NCBI GenBank assembly: GCA_038823825.1
Contig: JAWBCC010000004.1
Location: forward strand, 1-32,000
From: Candidatus Hadarchaeales archaeon
Lineage (GTDB): Archaea > Hadarchaeota > Hadarchaeia > Hadarchaeales > Hadarchaeaceae
Direction: 5' to 3'
DNA: 32,000 nt
The position numbers and the translations under genes are program-made. The stretch's first letter is position 1. Every line of letters starts with the position of its first letter. Shown piece after piece: positions 22,893-31,784 of this stretch. The notes under the pieces were generated by a model. It saw only the letters and a list, made by a program, of their open reading frames with translations, did no database searches and was not told the DNA's origin.

Positions 22893-24014
22893 ATGGGTAT
22901 AAAACCTGCGGAGGAGCTGGGAAACCCGTTCTCGTACGGGAAAGCGGTGAGTGGAAAGCAATTCATCAACCGTGAGAAAGAACTCGAAGAACTGAAAGCC
23001 CACGTGAAATCTGGAAAGAGCGTGATAATCTATTCCTCCCGCGGCATGGGGAAAACCTCTCTGCTTAAAGAGTTCTTCAGAAGACTGAACAAACCGTACG
23101 TTCCGATCTTGATTGACATGTTCGGAACCCCGAGCAGAGAGATCTTGGCCAGAACGCTTGTAGAGAATGTTGCGAATTCCGTGTATGGAACTCTTGAAAA
23201 AATAAGGAAATCTCTGGGCGATTTTCTCCGAAGAACGAAGATAGACATGGTTCTCACTCCGGACGGTAAAATCAGGTTTGAATTCTCCAGGACCCCCGTG
23301 CAGGAAGATATCAGCGAGGTTTTGGATCTGCCTGAGAGAGTTGCTGAGAAGCATGGACTGCAAATCATCTTGGCCTTTGACGAATTTCAGGAGATAAGAA
23401 ATTTAGACGGTGAAGAAATGGAAAAACTCATGAGGTCGAGATTCCAGCACCATAAGAATGTAGTTTACATCTTTACTGGAAGCAGAAGACATCTCTTGGA
23501 TGAAATATTCAGCGAAGAACGCAGGGCCTTTTACAGATTCGGCAGACCCATGGAACTGGGACCAATTCCGCGAGATGAGTTTTCACGTTACATAACCGAC
23601 TGCTTTGAGAGAACTGGTGGGAGAATAAGCGGGGAAGCGGTTGAGCGTATACTCGAGATAACAGGATGTCATCCGTCCTTCACTCAGCAGCTTTGCTATG
23701 AACTCTGGTTTATGTCGAGAACGGTCGAGGAAAAATCGACCGTGGAGAAAGCCGTCGAAAACATAATTTTCCACGAGAGGATTCACTACTTGCAAATTTG
23801 GGAAAATCTGACATATTTGCAGCGCAGACTTCTGGAAGGTCTCGCAAAGGAAGAGATCGGACCATACTCAATGGAGTTTATCTCGAAGTACGGCTTGAGA
23901 TCACCCGCCCATGTGAGGAAAGCCCTCAAGTTGCTCGAAAAGCGCGGTCTCGTCGAGAAAAACAAGATCTCGGACATTTTCTTTAGGGAATGGATCAAAA
24001 GAGGCATGCCATGA
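22893..24014 (+). CDS. Archaeal AAA+ ATPase (Arch_ATPase PF01637-like) with C-terminal wHTH (DUF234-like)
   Basis: Motifs are NPFSYGKAVSGKQFINREKELEEL, Walker A SSRGMGKTSL, Walker B ILAFDEFQEI and a C-terminal LQRRLLEGLA..VRKALKLLEKRGLVEK. I prefer ATG 22893, because the track start 22827 would run through the A/T boxes TTTAATTAAA and GGTATAAATAAAGG. Confidence 0.65.
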   Translation: MGIKPAEELGNPFSYGKAVSGKQFINREKELEELKAHVKSGKSVIIYSSRGMGKTSLLKEFFRRLNKPYVPILIDMFGTPSREILARTLVENVANSVYGTLEKIRKSLGDFLRRTKIDMVLTPDGKIRFEFSRTPVQEDISEVLDLPERVAEKHGLQIILAFDEFQEIRNLDGEEMEKLMRSRFQHHKNVVYIFTGSRRHLLDEIFSEERRAFYRFGRPMELGPIPRDEFSRYITDCFERTGGRISGEAVERILEITGCHPSFTQQLCYELWFMSRTVEEKSTVEKAVENIIFHERIHYLQIWENLTYLQRRLLEGLAKEEIGPYSMEFISKYGLRSPAHVRKALKLLEKRGLVEKNKISDIFFREWIKRGMP

Positions 24015-24086
24015 AAACGTGCCTTCACTCTCGGGATTTAATGTATCATTGTAATAATTTAAAAATCCAGTTTTTTTGAAGAGAGC

Positions 24087-24782
24087 ATGCTGACGAAGTA
24101 TGCGGCAACTGTCAAAAACCTCAGAGGGGTCCTCCTTTTCTTTGAGCAAGAGGATGCGGCCAGCAGCATCGAGTGGTTGATGAAACATTTCCGCTATCGG
24201 AATCTTGGAATTCCGCCGAGTCTCGGAGAAAAAATCGAAATCAAAAAGCCTTTTGTCGAGCTCATCTATCCGAGCGGAGAACTCAAAAAACTCGTTGAGC
24301 TTCTGACAAACATGAGAATCGAAAGAAACGCAGCGGAAGCAGTTGTGCTCGCCTCGGCTTATATCAGTCCCATTTTTGCCCTTGATGAGAAATCTGTGCG
24401 TTTTCTTAGACCTCTCGAGGCAGGAAGCGTGCGGACGTCGAAAAAACTAACGAACAGAGATATGAAGCTTCATCTGCGGATTGCTGACTACACGGTGCTA
24501 GACTTCTACAGCTGGAGTGTGGAGAACGCGGAAAGATTTTGGACATGCCATGAGGTCGAAAAGCTGTTGAATGAAAGAAAGAAGAAAATTGAAAAGGATG
24601 CGAAAAGGTACTGGAGAATCAGCGGAGAAGGGAAGAAATTTCTCATGTATCTCGACTCCCTGCAGTTCATATGTGAGAGGAAAGGTCTGGAGAAATTAAG
24701 AAAGCTTGATCCCTCTTGGGCTTCAGCGGGACTCGCTATTGGAGCAGCCATTTGTACTCCTAAAGAGTTTATCCACGAATGA
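24087..24782 (+). CDS. Hypothetical protein, no recognisable motif
   Basis: 231-aa ORF with normal composition and an A/T box (TAATAATTTAAAAAT) upstream. It lies 72 bp downstream of, and co-oriented with, the ATPase. Confidence 0.4.
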   Translation: MLTKYAATVKNLRGVLLFFEQEDAASSIEWLMKHFRYRNLGIPPSLGEKIEIKKPFVELIYPSGELKKLVELLTNMRIERNAAEAVVLASAYISPIFALDEKSVRFLRPLEAGSVRTSKKLTNRDMKLHLRIADYTVLDFYSWSVENAERFWTCHEVEKLLNERKKKIEKDAKRYWRISGEGKKFLMYLDSLQFICERKGLEKLRKLDPSWASAGLAIGAAICTPKEFIHE

Positions 24783-24872
24783 CCTGTATCACCCACCATC
24801 AAAATTTGAATCTCTCAATGACGGATGTTTGGTATTTAACCTTTGTAAAGAAAGATTTCTCTGCTACTTTGA

Positions 24873-26168
24873 TTATTTCTGAATGATGTCCCTCGCGATG
24901 AGATCTCTGTACTGCTCTGCTTCCCTGATTAGGCGATGCCTGCCGTTGCTGACGAGAACAATGGGTGGTCTCGGTCTCATGTTGTACTGGTGGGATAAGC
25001 TGGTTGTGTAAGCGCCCGCACAGAAAACGGCAAGAATATCACCCTCCTCGACCGGAGGGAGCCTGACGTTCCGACCGATGACGTCACCACCGAAGCAGAG
25101 AGGACCAGCGATGTTCACTCTTTCCCTCGGTTTCATTACAGCTTTGTTTGCGAGAATCATTTTGAACCTGTACACGCCCATAGCTGCTCTGAGAAGAATG
25201 TTCGATCCTCCGTCGACAATCACCCATTTGCTCCCGTCGGGCGTTCTCTTCACGACACCAACTTTGAGAAGACAGACGCCTGCGTCGGCTAGAATATATC
25301 GCCCGGGCTCGAAGATGAGAAGAGGCTCGCTCAACCCGTACTTTTTCACGTTCGATTTCACGGCTGAGATGACCGCTTCTGCATATTCTTCAGCCGTTGG
25401 TGGATGCTCTCCCTCGTACTCCACGCCGAGACCTCCACCGAGATCAACCAGCCCAAGCTTGATTCCGCTTTTGCTCAGATCCGCTAGAAGACGGAAAATT
25501 CTGTTTATCGCGAAAACAAAAGGTCGCGTAGAGGTGATTTGAGAACCAATGTGCATGTGTACCCCTTTGAGAGAGATGTGTTTCGATCCGGCCGCTCGCT
25601 CGAAAGCCTTCCTCGCCTCTGGAATGTGGATCCCGAAATGGCTGTACTCCGCTCCCGTTACGAGATCCCTGTGCGTCCGGACTTTCACACCCGGATTAAC
25701 CCTTATGCAGATGTTGGCGAGCCTGTTAAGCCGTTTGGAGATTTTCTCAAGCTTCTCAAGTTCGGAGAGAGAATCCACGTTTATTAGAATCCCTTTCTTC
25801 ACTGCCAGCTCTAGTTCCTCCTGGCTCTTGTTCGCACCGTTGAAGACGATATCCTCAGGCTTAGCACCAATCCTGAGCGCGCTTAGGAGTTCATACTCAG
25901 AGACTACCTCAAAACCGGCTCCTTCTTCCTTGAGGATTTTGAGAATGGCTAAAGAGGGATTTGCCTTCACCGCGTAGCAGACCTTAACCTTCTCGTACCT
26001 TTTCTTCAGGGCGCCTAGAAACTCCCTGAAGCGTTTTCTAACACGCTGCTCGTTTATAACGAAGAGGGGGGTTCCATATTTTTCTGCGAGTTCGAGAGCG
26101 TCAACTCCGCCGATTTTGAGATAACCGTCCTCCCCGTATTCAAGATGATTTCTGATCGTCCAGCTCAT
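24873..26168 (-). CDS. lysA: PLP-dependent Orn/DAP/Arg decarboxylase family, most like diaminopimelate decarboxylase
   Basis: Motifs are YGTPLFV, CYAVKANP (PLP lysine), HMHIGSQI, DLGGGLGV, EPGRYI, GPLCFGGD and AGAYTTSLSHQYN. The length of 431 aa is typical. Confidence 0.7.
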   Translation of the reverse strand: MSWTIRNHLEYGEDGYLKIGGVDALELAEKYGTPLFVINEQRVRKRFREFLGALKKRYEKVKVCYAVKANPSLAILKILKEEGAGFEVVSEYELLSALRIGAKPEDIVFNGANKSQEELELAVKKGILINVDSLSELEKLEKISKRLNRLANICIRVNPGVKVRTHRDLVTGAEYSHFGIHIPEARKAFERAAGSKHISLKGVHMHIGSQITSTRPFVFAINRIFRLLADLSKSGIKLGLVDLGGGLGVEYEGEHPPTAEEYAEAVISAVKSNVKKYGLSEPLLIFEPGRYILADAGVCLLKVGVVKRTPDGSKWVIVDGGSNILLRAAMGVYRFKMILANKAVMKPRERVNIAGPLCFGGDVIGRNVRLPPVEEGDILAVFCAGAYTTSLSHQYNMRPRPPIVLVSNGRHRLIREAEQYRDLIARDIIQK

Positions 26169-26273
26169 TCATGAACATTCCGCGTGAAGTTTAATCAGGT
26201 TTTCGAAATCTCCGGAGTTTTCAATTTAGACTAATGTCTCTGCCAAATTTTTGCTTTTCTTGTCTTCCGAAAG

Positions 26274-26361
26274 TGGTGCGGGGGAGGGGATTTGAACCCC
26301 CGAACCCCTTCGGGACCAGATCTTGAGTCTGGCGCCTTTGACCTGGCTCGGCCACCCCCGC
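26274..26361 (-). tRNA. tRNA-Leu (anticodon CAA), class II with long variable arm, CCA encoded
   Basis: Hand-folded as GCGGGGG-TG-GCCGAGCCAGGTCAAAGGC-G-CCAGA-CTCAAGA-TCTGG-(variable arm TCCCGAAGGGGTTC)-GGGGG-TTCAAAT-CCCCT-CCCCCGC-A-CCA. Confidence 0.9.
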
Positions 26362-26401
26362 CCAATTAATTTTTTCATACTTGCGGTTATAAGTTCTCCA
26401 G

Positions 26402-27571
26402 ATGCCGTTCGAAACTTCGAAGGCTTTTGAACACATCGACAGACTTGCCTACGGGATAGGCCCCCGCATCTCGGGAACAAGAGGAGAATCCCTATCTGCA
26501 GATTACATCCAAAATTATCTCAAATCAATCGGACTTGAAACCCGCAGGCAGGTCTTCATCTTCACAGACAGACGTGCGAGGAGAAAAATCTTCTCAATCA
26601 TCCTGGCAGTCTCCCTCCCGTTCATGCTCCTCTTCCCACCTGAGATATCCATCCCCATGTGGTTTTCCTTGCTTGCTCTCACCTTTTTCGCGCCGCTACC
26701 ACGCAGGCGTGGAATAAATATAATCGCCAGAATTCGTGGAAAACCTCCGGTCGTCGCCCTGTCAGCCCATCACGATTCTGCAAAACGCTCAAAGATTAAG
26801 AAGAAGCTATTCCCGATCTCGATTTCCATCGCGACCATCGCCGTCCTCATCCGTCCAATCTCTGCATACTGGGCCTTGCTCTGGCCACCCTGCTTCATTC
26901 TTTTAGCCGTGAACGCTCTCTTCATGCTCAAACGCGAAGAGCTTTCACCAGGCGCGAACGACAATGCGAGTGGCGTAGCCGTCCTCCTCGAAGTCGCCAG
27001 ATGTCTCCGTGAAATTCAAGATCCGCCCGAAGTTTTCTTTCTCTTCACCGGAGCCGAGGAACAGGGGCTCGAGGGCATGAAAAACATTCTCAAGGAGAAA
27101 ATTATTCCGAGAGGAACACCAATCTTAAACATAGACACCGTGGGCTTTGGAAGTCAGATTTACTTCATCGAAGGGAACGGTCTTCATAGAAGACTGACGA
27201 CAAGTTTTGAATTGAACAAAAAACTGGAGGAAACTGCTGCCAGACTCCAACTCAAAATCCTTCCTTGGTGGTCTGTCTACGCCAAACATGACCACATGCC
27301 TGCGATATCAGCCGGCCATCCTTCTACCACCATTACCCTTGACAGCCCCGACCAACAGACCGACAAAAAGGCTGTGGAAAAAGGTCTGATAAACGCCAAA
27401 AAAAGGAGCTATAAGTGGTTGCACACGAAAGACGATCTTCCGGACAAGTTGGACGTAAACGCGGTTGAAACGGCTGGAAATCTGATCCTCGAGTTCCTAG
27501 GCGTTAGAACACAGCAGACTCAACTTGATTTAAGCAAATCAGAGAATGTTGAAATGGAGGTGAAACCGTGA
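26402..27571 (+). CDS. M28-family metallopeptidase with hydrophobic (TM-like) insertions
   Basis: Metal-ligand blocks are LSAHHDS, PGANDNASGVAVLLEVAR, FTGAEEQGLEG and WLHTKDD. Hydrophobic stretches are IFSIILAVSLPFMLLF, MWFSLLALTFFAPL, FPISISIATIAVLI and ALLWPPCFILLAVNALFML. Confidence 0.65.
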   Translation: MPFETSKAFEHIDRLAYGIGPRISGTRGESLSADYIQNYLKSIGLETRRQVFIFTDRRARRKIFSIILAVSLPFMLLFPPEISIPMWFSLLALTFFAPLPRRRGINIIARIRGKPPVVALSAHHDSAKRSKIKKKLFPISISIATIAVLIRPISAYWALLWPPCFILLAVNALFMLKREELSPGANDNASGVAVLLEVARCLREIQDPPEVFFLFTGAEEQGLEGMKNILKEKIIPRGTPILNIDTVGFGSQIYFIEGNGLHRRLTTSFELNKKLEETAARLQLKILPWWSVYAKHDHMPAISAGHPSTTITLDSPDQQTDKKAVEKGLINAKKRSYKWLHTKDDLPDKLDVNAVETAGNLILEFLGVRTQQTQLDLSKSENVEMEVKP

Positions 27572-28059
27572 AAATCGGGATAATCTCCGACACACACGAT
27601 AGACTCGAAGCTGTCGAAAAGGCCGTTGACCTCTTTAACACCGCTGGTGTCGAGGTCGTCCTACACGCCGGCGATCTCGTCTCCCCTTTTGTGGTTCCGA
27701 GACTCGCAAAGCTAAAAGCAAAACTCTACTACGTCTGGGGAAACAATGACGGTGATAGGCTGCTCGTCAGCAAAAGAATGGCCGAATTCGGGATGGAGCC
27801 GCCCACGGAGATAGCCCTGCTGAACATTGCCGGAAAGAGAATCGCTCTCCTACACGGAACTAGCGAACTCATCGTTGAGGCTCTGGCTAAATCTATGCAG
27901 TTTGACATCATTGTCAGGGGACATACGCACAAGGCAGAGGTCATACGGGGAAACTGCCTCGTCATAAACCCCGGGGAAGCCTGCGGCTACTTGACGGGTA
28001 AAAGAACGGTAGCAGTTCTTGAAACAGATACAATGGACGTTCAGCTTCTCGAAATCTAA
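27568..28059 (+). CDS. MJ0936/YfcE-family metallophosphoesterase
   Basis: Motifs are KIGIISDTHD, LHAGDL, GNNDGD, LLHGT, RGHTH and INPGE. The GTG start forms a GTGA overlap with the upstream stop. Confidence 0.75.
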   Translation: MKIGIISDTHDRLEAVEKAVDLFNTAGVEVVLHAGDLVSPFVVPRLAKLKAKLYYVWGNNDGDRLLVSKRMAEFGMEPPTEIALLNIAGKRIALLHGTSELIVEALAKSMQFDIIVRGHTHKAEVIRGNCLVINPGEACGYLTGKRTVAVLETDTMDVQLLEI

Positions 28060-28080
28060 ACTTCGGGAGGTAAGTGATCC

Positions 28081-29076
28081 TTGATAGAAATAGCGATAGT
28101 TGCTCTCGGCTTCTTCGTAGCTTGGAACATCGGAGCGAACGATACCGCAAACTGCATAGGCACGGCTGTAGGTAGCGGGATAATAACAAAAAAACGTGCT
28201 CTTCTAATCGTCGCCTTTTTTGTTCTACTGGGAGCCTCTCTCGAAGGCTGGAAAAACATGAAGACCGTTGGGGAAGGAATTCTGATACCCGGAGTCGGTG
28301 GAAATCCGCTTGCAGATCCTTCTCTCTCCTTTCTCGTTATCGCTATACTAGCTGCGGCAGGTTCCTGGGTTCTTCTCGCAACTTTCTTTGGGATGCCGAT
28401 CTCAACATCCCAGTCCATGATCGGAGCAGTTTTAGGAAGCGGAATCTTCCTCTCCCTAACCCGCCCGGAAATCGGAGTCGGCGTCAACTATCGGAAAATA
28501 GGCGGAATCGCTCTCTCTTGGGTTTTAAACCCGATGTTCGCGGCTTTAATCGCGACGCTCCTGATGATCATTCTACGAAGTCTCATAAGAACAACAAGAG
28601 GTCTGCTCGCGATCAACAGAATCCTGACCATCCTCATCTTAATTTCCGCAGCCTACAGCGCCTATACTCTTGGAGCAAACGACGTTGGAACATCGACTGG
28701 AGTGATATACGCCAAAATGGGGTGGTCGACGAGATTAACAGCAGTCTTCGGAGCTCTGGCTTTGATCGTTGGTGCGATAACTTTCAGCTCCAGAGTTATA
28801 GGAACTGTAGGGAAAGGAATAGTTCCCCTTGACGCCATCAGCGCCTTTGCTGCACAGTTCGGGGCAGCCATGACAGTCTGGTTTTTCGTTCAGCTGGGAA
28901 TTCCTGTTTCAACTTCGCAGGCGCTCGTAGGTGGCATCGCAGGCGTTGGTCTTGCGAAAAGGTCTTCGATGATAAACAAGCGAAATCTCTTGAAAATCTC
29001 GGTGGCTTGGGTGGCTACACCATTAATTGTCTGCTTGATATCCCTTCTGTTCTGCCAACTTTTCTCGTTGGTATAG
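28081..29076 (+). CDS. Inorganic phosphate transporter, PiT (PHO4) family
   Basis: Motifs are WNIGANDTANCIGTAVGSG, PISTSQSMIGAVLG, GANDVGTSTG and PVSTSQALVGGIAGVG. It is polytopic and hydrophobic throughout, with a TTG start. Confidence 0.8.
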   Translation: MIEIAIVALGFFVAWNIGANDTANCIGTAVGSGIITKKRALLIVAFFVLLGASLEGWKNMKTVGEGILIPGVGGNPLADPSLSFLVIAILAAAGSWVLLATFFGMPISTSQSMIGAVLGSGIFLSLTRPEIGVGVNYRKIGGIALSWVLNPMFAALIATLLMIILRSLIRTTRGLLAINRILTILILISAAYSAYTLGANDVGTSTGVIYAKMGWSTRLTAVFGALALIVGAITFSSRVIGTVGKGIVPLDAISAFAAQFGAAMTVWFFVQLGIPVSTSQALVGGIAGVGLAKRSSMINKRNLLKISVAWVATPLIVCLISLLFCQLFSLV

Positions 29077-29080
29077 ATTT

Positions 29081-29767
29081 TCATGTCGTGAGTGTTAATC
29101 CGAGAATAGCTATGGAATCGCTCATGTCCTCCGCTCTGTCGGCTATATTTCCCATTCTTCTTATTATTTCCGCAAGCTGTACAACGCTTAACGGTTTGAA
29201 TAGTTTCTCCATCTCGTAAAGTTCCTCAACTATCTCGTGCTCTATCAAATCGACCTCGTGTTCTAGGTCATCCACACTCCTCGCGATTCTGATCGCTTCA
29301 TCCACATTTCTCTCCAGAGCTTTCACAGAATTGCTGAGCATTTCCGCCGTCTGCGTTATAACGCCGGCCATCGTCATAAACTTCTCCTTCCATTGAGCTA
29401 CTCGCTTATTTTTCGCCGAGAGCGATTTTAACTCCTTAATCAGACTCTCCCTGAGAAGAAGAGTACGCATTGCACCCTCCGCCGTGTCCGCTACCCTGTC
29501 TAACCTCTCCGCCAACCACGCCAAGTCCCCTCGGAAAGCCGGGATGAAAGCTCCTCTTGTGAGCAGAGTGATAAAATCCCTTCTACCCTTGTCCGCTCTT
29601 GTCTCTAAGCTTGAGAGTTCCCTTCCAAGCTTTTCCGCCTTTTCCAAGTTCCACTCTTTAAAGTAAGCCCGCACAACCTCCTCGAACTTCTTAACAACCT
29701 CCAGAACTATCTCCGAGTTGTTCTTCAAAATCTCAAAAGCTTGCTTTTCCAGTTTTCCACCAATCAC
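29081..29767 (-). CDS. PhoU-related phosphate-transport regulator (DUF47/TIGR00153-like)
   Basis: 228-aa all-helical protein, convergent with and 4 bp from the PiT gene. The DUF47-PiT pairing is a well-known gene neighbourhood. Recurrent E..D..E.EVD helical motifs are present. Confidence 0.6.
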   Translation of the reverse strand: MIGGKLEKQAFEILKNNSEIVLEVVKKFEEVVRAYFKEWNLEKAEKLGRELSSLETRADKGRRDFITLLTRGAFIPAFRGDLAWLAERLDRVADTAEGAMRTLLLRESLIKELKSLSAKNKRVAQWKEKFMTMAGVITQTAEMLSNSVKALERNVDEAIRIARSVDDLEHEVDLIEHEIVEELYEMEKLFKPLSVVQLAEIIRRMGNIADRAEDMSDSIAILGLTLTT

Positions 29768-29807
29768 GAGATCACCTCAGTCCAATCACCATTTTGAGCC
29801 GCATCTT

Positions 29808-30290
29808 TTATAACCTGCGCCTCTTCTTCACTCTTTTGGAAAGAACATGCCCGCAGACCTCGCACACCTTGTTTTTTCTTTCGTAAACTCTGCCACAGCT
29901 CGGACAGAATTTTTCCCACTCCCTAACTTCTTTTATTCCTTCCGTTGTGATCGGTCTGATCGAAACTCCCATGATCGCCGCCACATTCTGAAGCGCGTAA
30001 TCGTCCGTAACAAGCGTTGCCTCAAGGTCTAACGCCAGAGCTAGCAGCTTTGCATCGGTTTCGGATATTACGTTGCACGTTCTGACACAAATTTCTTTGA
30101 CCTTCTCTAGCGAACTCTCGGAAGGGGAAAGAATCTTTACGGTTCCAGAAAGAAGCCCAGCTTCCAACCTAGACTTCGTTAACAGACCCTTCGCCTCATT
30201 CAAAACTTCATCAATCGTGAAAAACTCTCCCCTTCCGGTTAAAACTAAACCGCCCACCAGCGCAGAGGTGTCAAGTACATACCTTTTCAC
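29808..30290 (-). CDS. nob1: Archaeal Nob1-like endonuclease (PIN domain plus C-terminal zinc ribbon)
   Basis: The PIN N-terminus is KRYVLDTSALV. Other motifs are TDDYALQNVA and the zinc ribbon CPSCGRVY..CEVCGH. I prefer GTG 30290 (GTGA overlap with the nadK stop) over ATG 30326, which would overlap nadK by 40 nt. Confidence 0.65.
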   Translation of the reverse strand: MKRYVLDTSALVGGLVLTGRGEFFTIDEVLNEAKGLLTKSRLEAGLLSGTVKILSPSESSLEKVKEICVRTCNVISETDAKLLALALDLEATLVTDDYALQNVAAIMGVSIRPITTEGIKEVREWEKFCPSCGRVYERKNKVCEVCGHVLSKRVKKRRRL

Positions 30291-31081
30291 AGAATCTTTT
30301 CCAGACTCCGGCAAAATTCTCCCCATTTGAAAAACTTTGCCCCACTCTCAGATGCAGATATTTTTACCACACTTCCGTGGGGTAGCCTTGCTCTCTCCAG
30401 CCCGTCTACTATCAAAAGCCCCTCCTGCCCGGGCAAACAAACTTCGACATCAACTCTGCTTTTAGCTGGGAGCACTATGGGCGGGATAGGCTTGCTGGAT
30501 GGGCAAATTGCTGTGACCACAATGCATTCCACGCCCGGGAATATTATCGGACCTCCCGCAGCTCTGGTGTACGCGGTACTTCCTGTGGGAGTTGAGACGA
30601 TGACACCATCTCCACGGAAACTGAATATCTTTTTACCATCGACAGAGACCTTCAGCGTGACAGTTTTGCCCGGAACTGCGGAAAATATCACGACATCGTT
30701 CAATGCCTCGGGAATTTTCTCACCGAATTCAACCTTCAGCCTGGTTCTCTCCACAACTTCAAGCTTTTTCTCCAGCAATAGCTCAACGGCGCGCTCAGCC
30801 TCGTCTTTTTTCACTTCCGCCAAGAATCCCCGATCGCCCATGTTGATGGCAAGGATGTGCGCGTCTTGAGCCAGGGCATGCGCCCTTAGAACCGTCCCGT
30901 CACCTCCGAGCGTTATCACAACTTCCGCCTCTGAGATATCCGAAGCTTTCTCACCCAGAGCTCGTGCAGTTCTTTCGTCAAATAACAGCTCATGCAGCGC
31001 TGGGATTTTCTCTTTCAATTTTTTCGCCAATCTGACAGCTTCCTCTATTAGCGGATTTATCACGATTCCGATTTTCATCAA
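30287..31081 (-). CDS. nadK: NAD+ kinase
   Basis: Motifs are VVITLGGDGTVLRA, NMGDRGFLAEV, ALNDVVI and DGVIVSTPTGSTAYTRAAGGPI. Confidence 0.85.
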   Translation of the reverse strand: MMKIGIVINPLIEEAVRLAKKLKEKIPALHELLFDERTARALGEKASDISEAEVVITLGGDGTVLRAHALAQDAHILAINMGDRGFLAEVKKDEAERAVELLLEKKLEVVERTRLKVEFGEKIPEALNDVVIFSAVPGKTVTLKVSVDGKKIFSFRGDGVIVSTPTGSTAYTRAAGGPIIFPGVECIVVTAICPSSKPIPPIVLPAKSRVDVEVCLPGQEGLLIVDGLERARLPHGSVVKISASESGAKFFKWGEFCRSLEKIL

Positions 31082-31170
31082 GCCGTAATATGCTTAGAAG
31101 AATATTAAACTCTCGGAACTTCAGCAAACTTTTAAAGACACAAAAAAGGAAAGAAAAAGAGGTGAACAAA

Positions 31171-31563
31171 GTGGGAGTCGAAATCACGGAAGTCGGAAAA
31201 CTGAAGGAAGGAAGGTTTGTCGTGATAGACAACGAGCCCTGCAGAATAGTTGGTTTTACAACCTCTGCCCCGGGAAAGCACGGACACGCGAAAGCAAAGA
31301 TCGACGCGATAGGTATCTTTGACGGTCAAAAACACACGATCGTGAAGCCAACGAGCGCCAAAATCGAGGTCCCAATAATCGAGCGTGGAACCGCGCAGGT
31401 TCTTGCAGTTGTTGGAAATAATGCCCAGTTGATGGACCTCACGACATACGAAACTTTTGAGCTACCGATTCCCATGAACCTACGCGGAGAAATCAGAGAA
31501 GGGGTGGAAATAGAGTACATTCAAGCTCTCGGGAGAAGAAAAATTGAAAGAATAAAAACTTGA
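31171..31563 (+). CDS. eif5a: Translation initiation factor 5A (aIF5A)
   Basis: The block KEGRFVVIDNEPCRIVGFTTSAPGKHGHAKAKIDAIGIFDG contains the hypusine-site loop PGKHG. I prefer in-frame GTG 31171 (130 aa, typical size) with TTTTAAAG ~40 nt upstream. The track start 31090 adds 27 basic, non-conserved-looking residues. Confidence 0.8.
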   Translation: MGVEITEVGKLKEGRFVVIDNEPCRIVGFTTSAPGKHGHAKAKIDAIGIFDGQKHTIVKPTSAKIEVPIIERGTAQVLAVVGNNAQLMDLTTYETFELPIPMNLRGEIREGVEIEYIQALGRRKIERIKT

Positions 31564-31577
31564 AAAATTCTTGAGTT

Positions 31578-31769
31578 CTACAGATCGCAGGCTCTCAATG
31601 TCTTTCTGTTGTTTTCTGAAGCTCTCTTAGCAGCTTTCTTAACAGCATCTTCAATCATGCTGTCCAATCCCTTAAAGAAGTCCTCGCTCGCTCTGACTCG
31701 CAGTTTCTTTAGAAGCTCTCTAACAGCAGATTTCACAACATATGCCACAACATCACCTCTGATTTTCAC
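31578..31769 (-). CDS. Small histone-fold-like protein (DUF1931/archaeal histone-like)
   Basis: 63 aa. The layout VKSAVRELLKK..RVRASEDFFKGLDSMIEDAVKKAAKRASENNRKTLRACDL mirrors the helix-loop-helix order and the ..GRKT(I/L)...D ending of histone folds. Weak, memory-based call. Confidence 0.35.
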   Translation of the reverse strand: MKIRGDVVAYVVKSAVRELLKKLRVRASEDFFKGLDSMIEDAVKKAAKRASENNRKTLRACDL

Positions 31770-31784
31770 TAGATTTCGGGTTAT

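Noticed and set aside
26221-26480. Two minus-strand ORFs (71 and 84 aa)
   Set aside because: They overlap tRNA-Leu and the promoter region of the M28 gene, and show no motifs.
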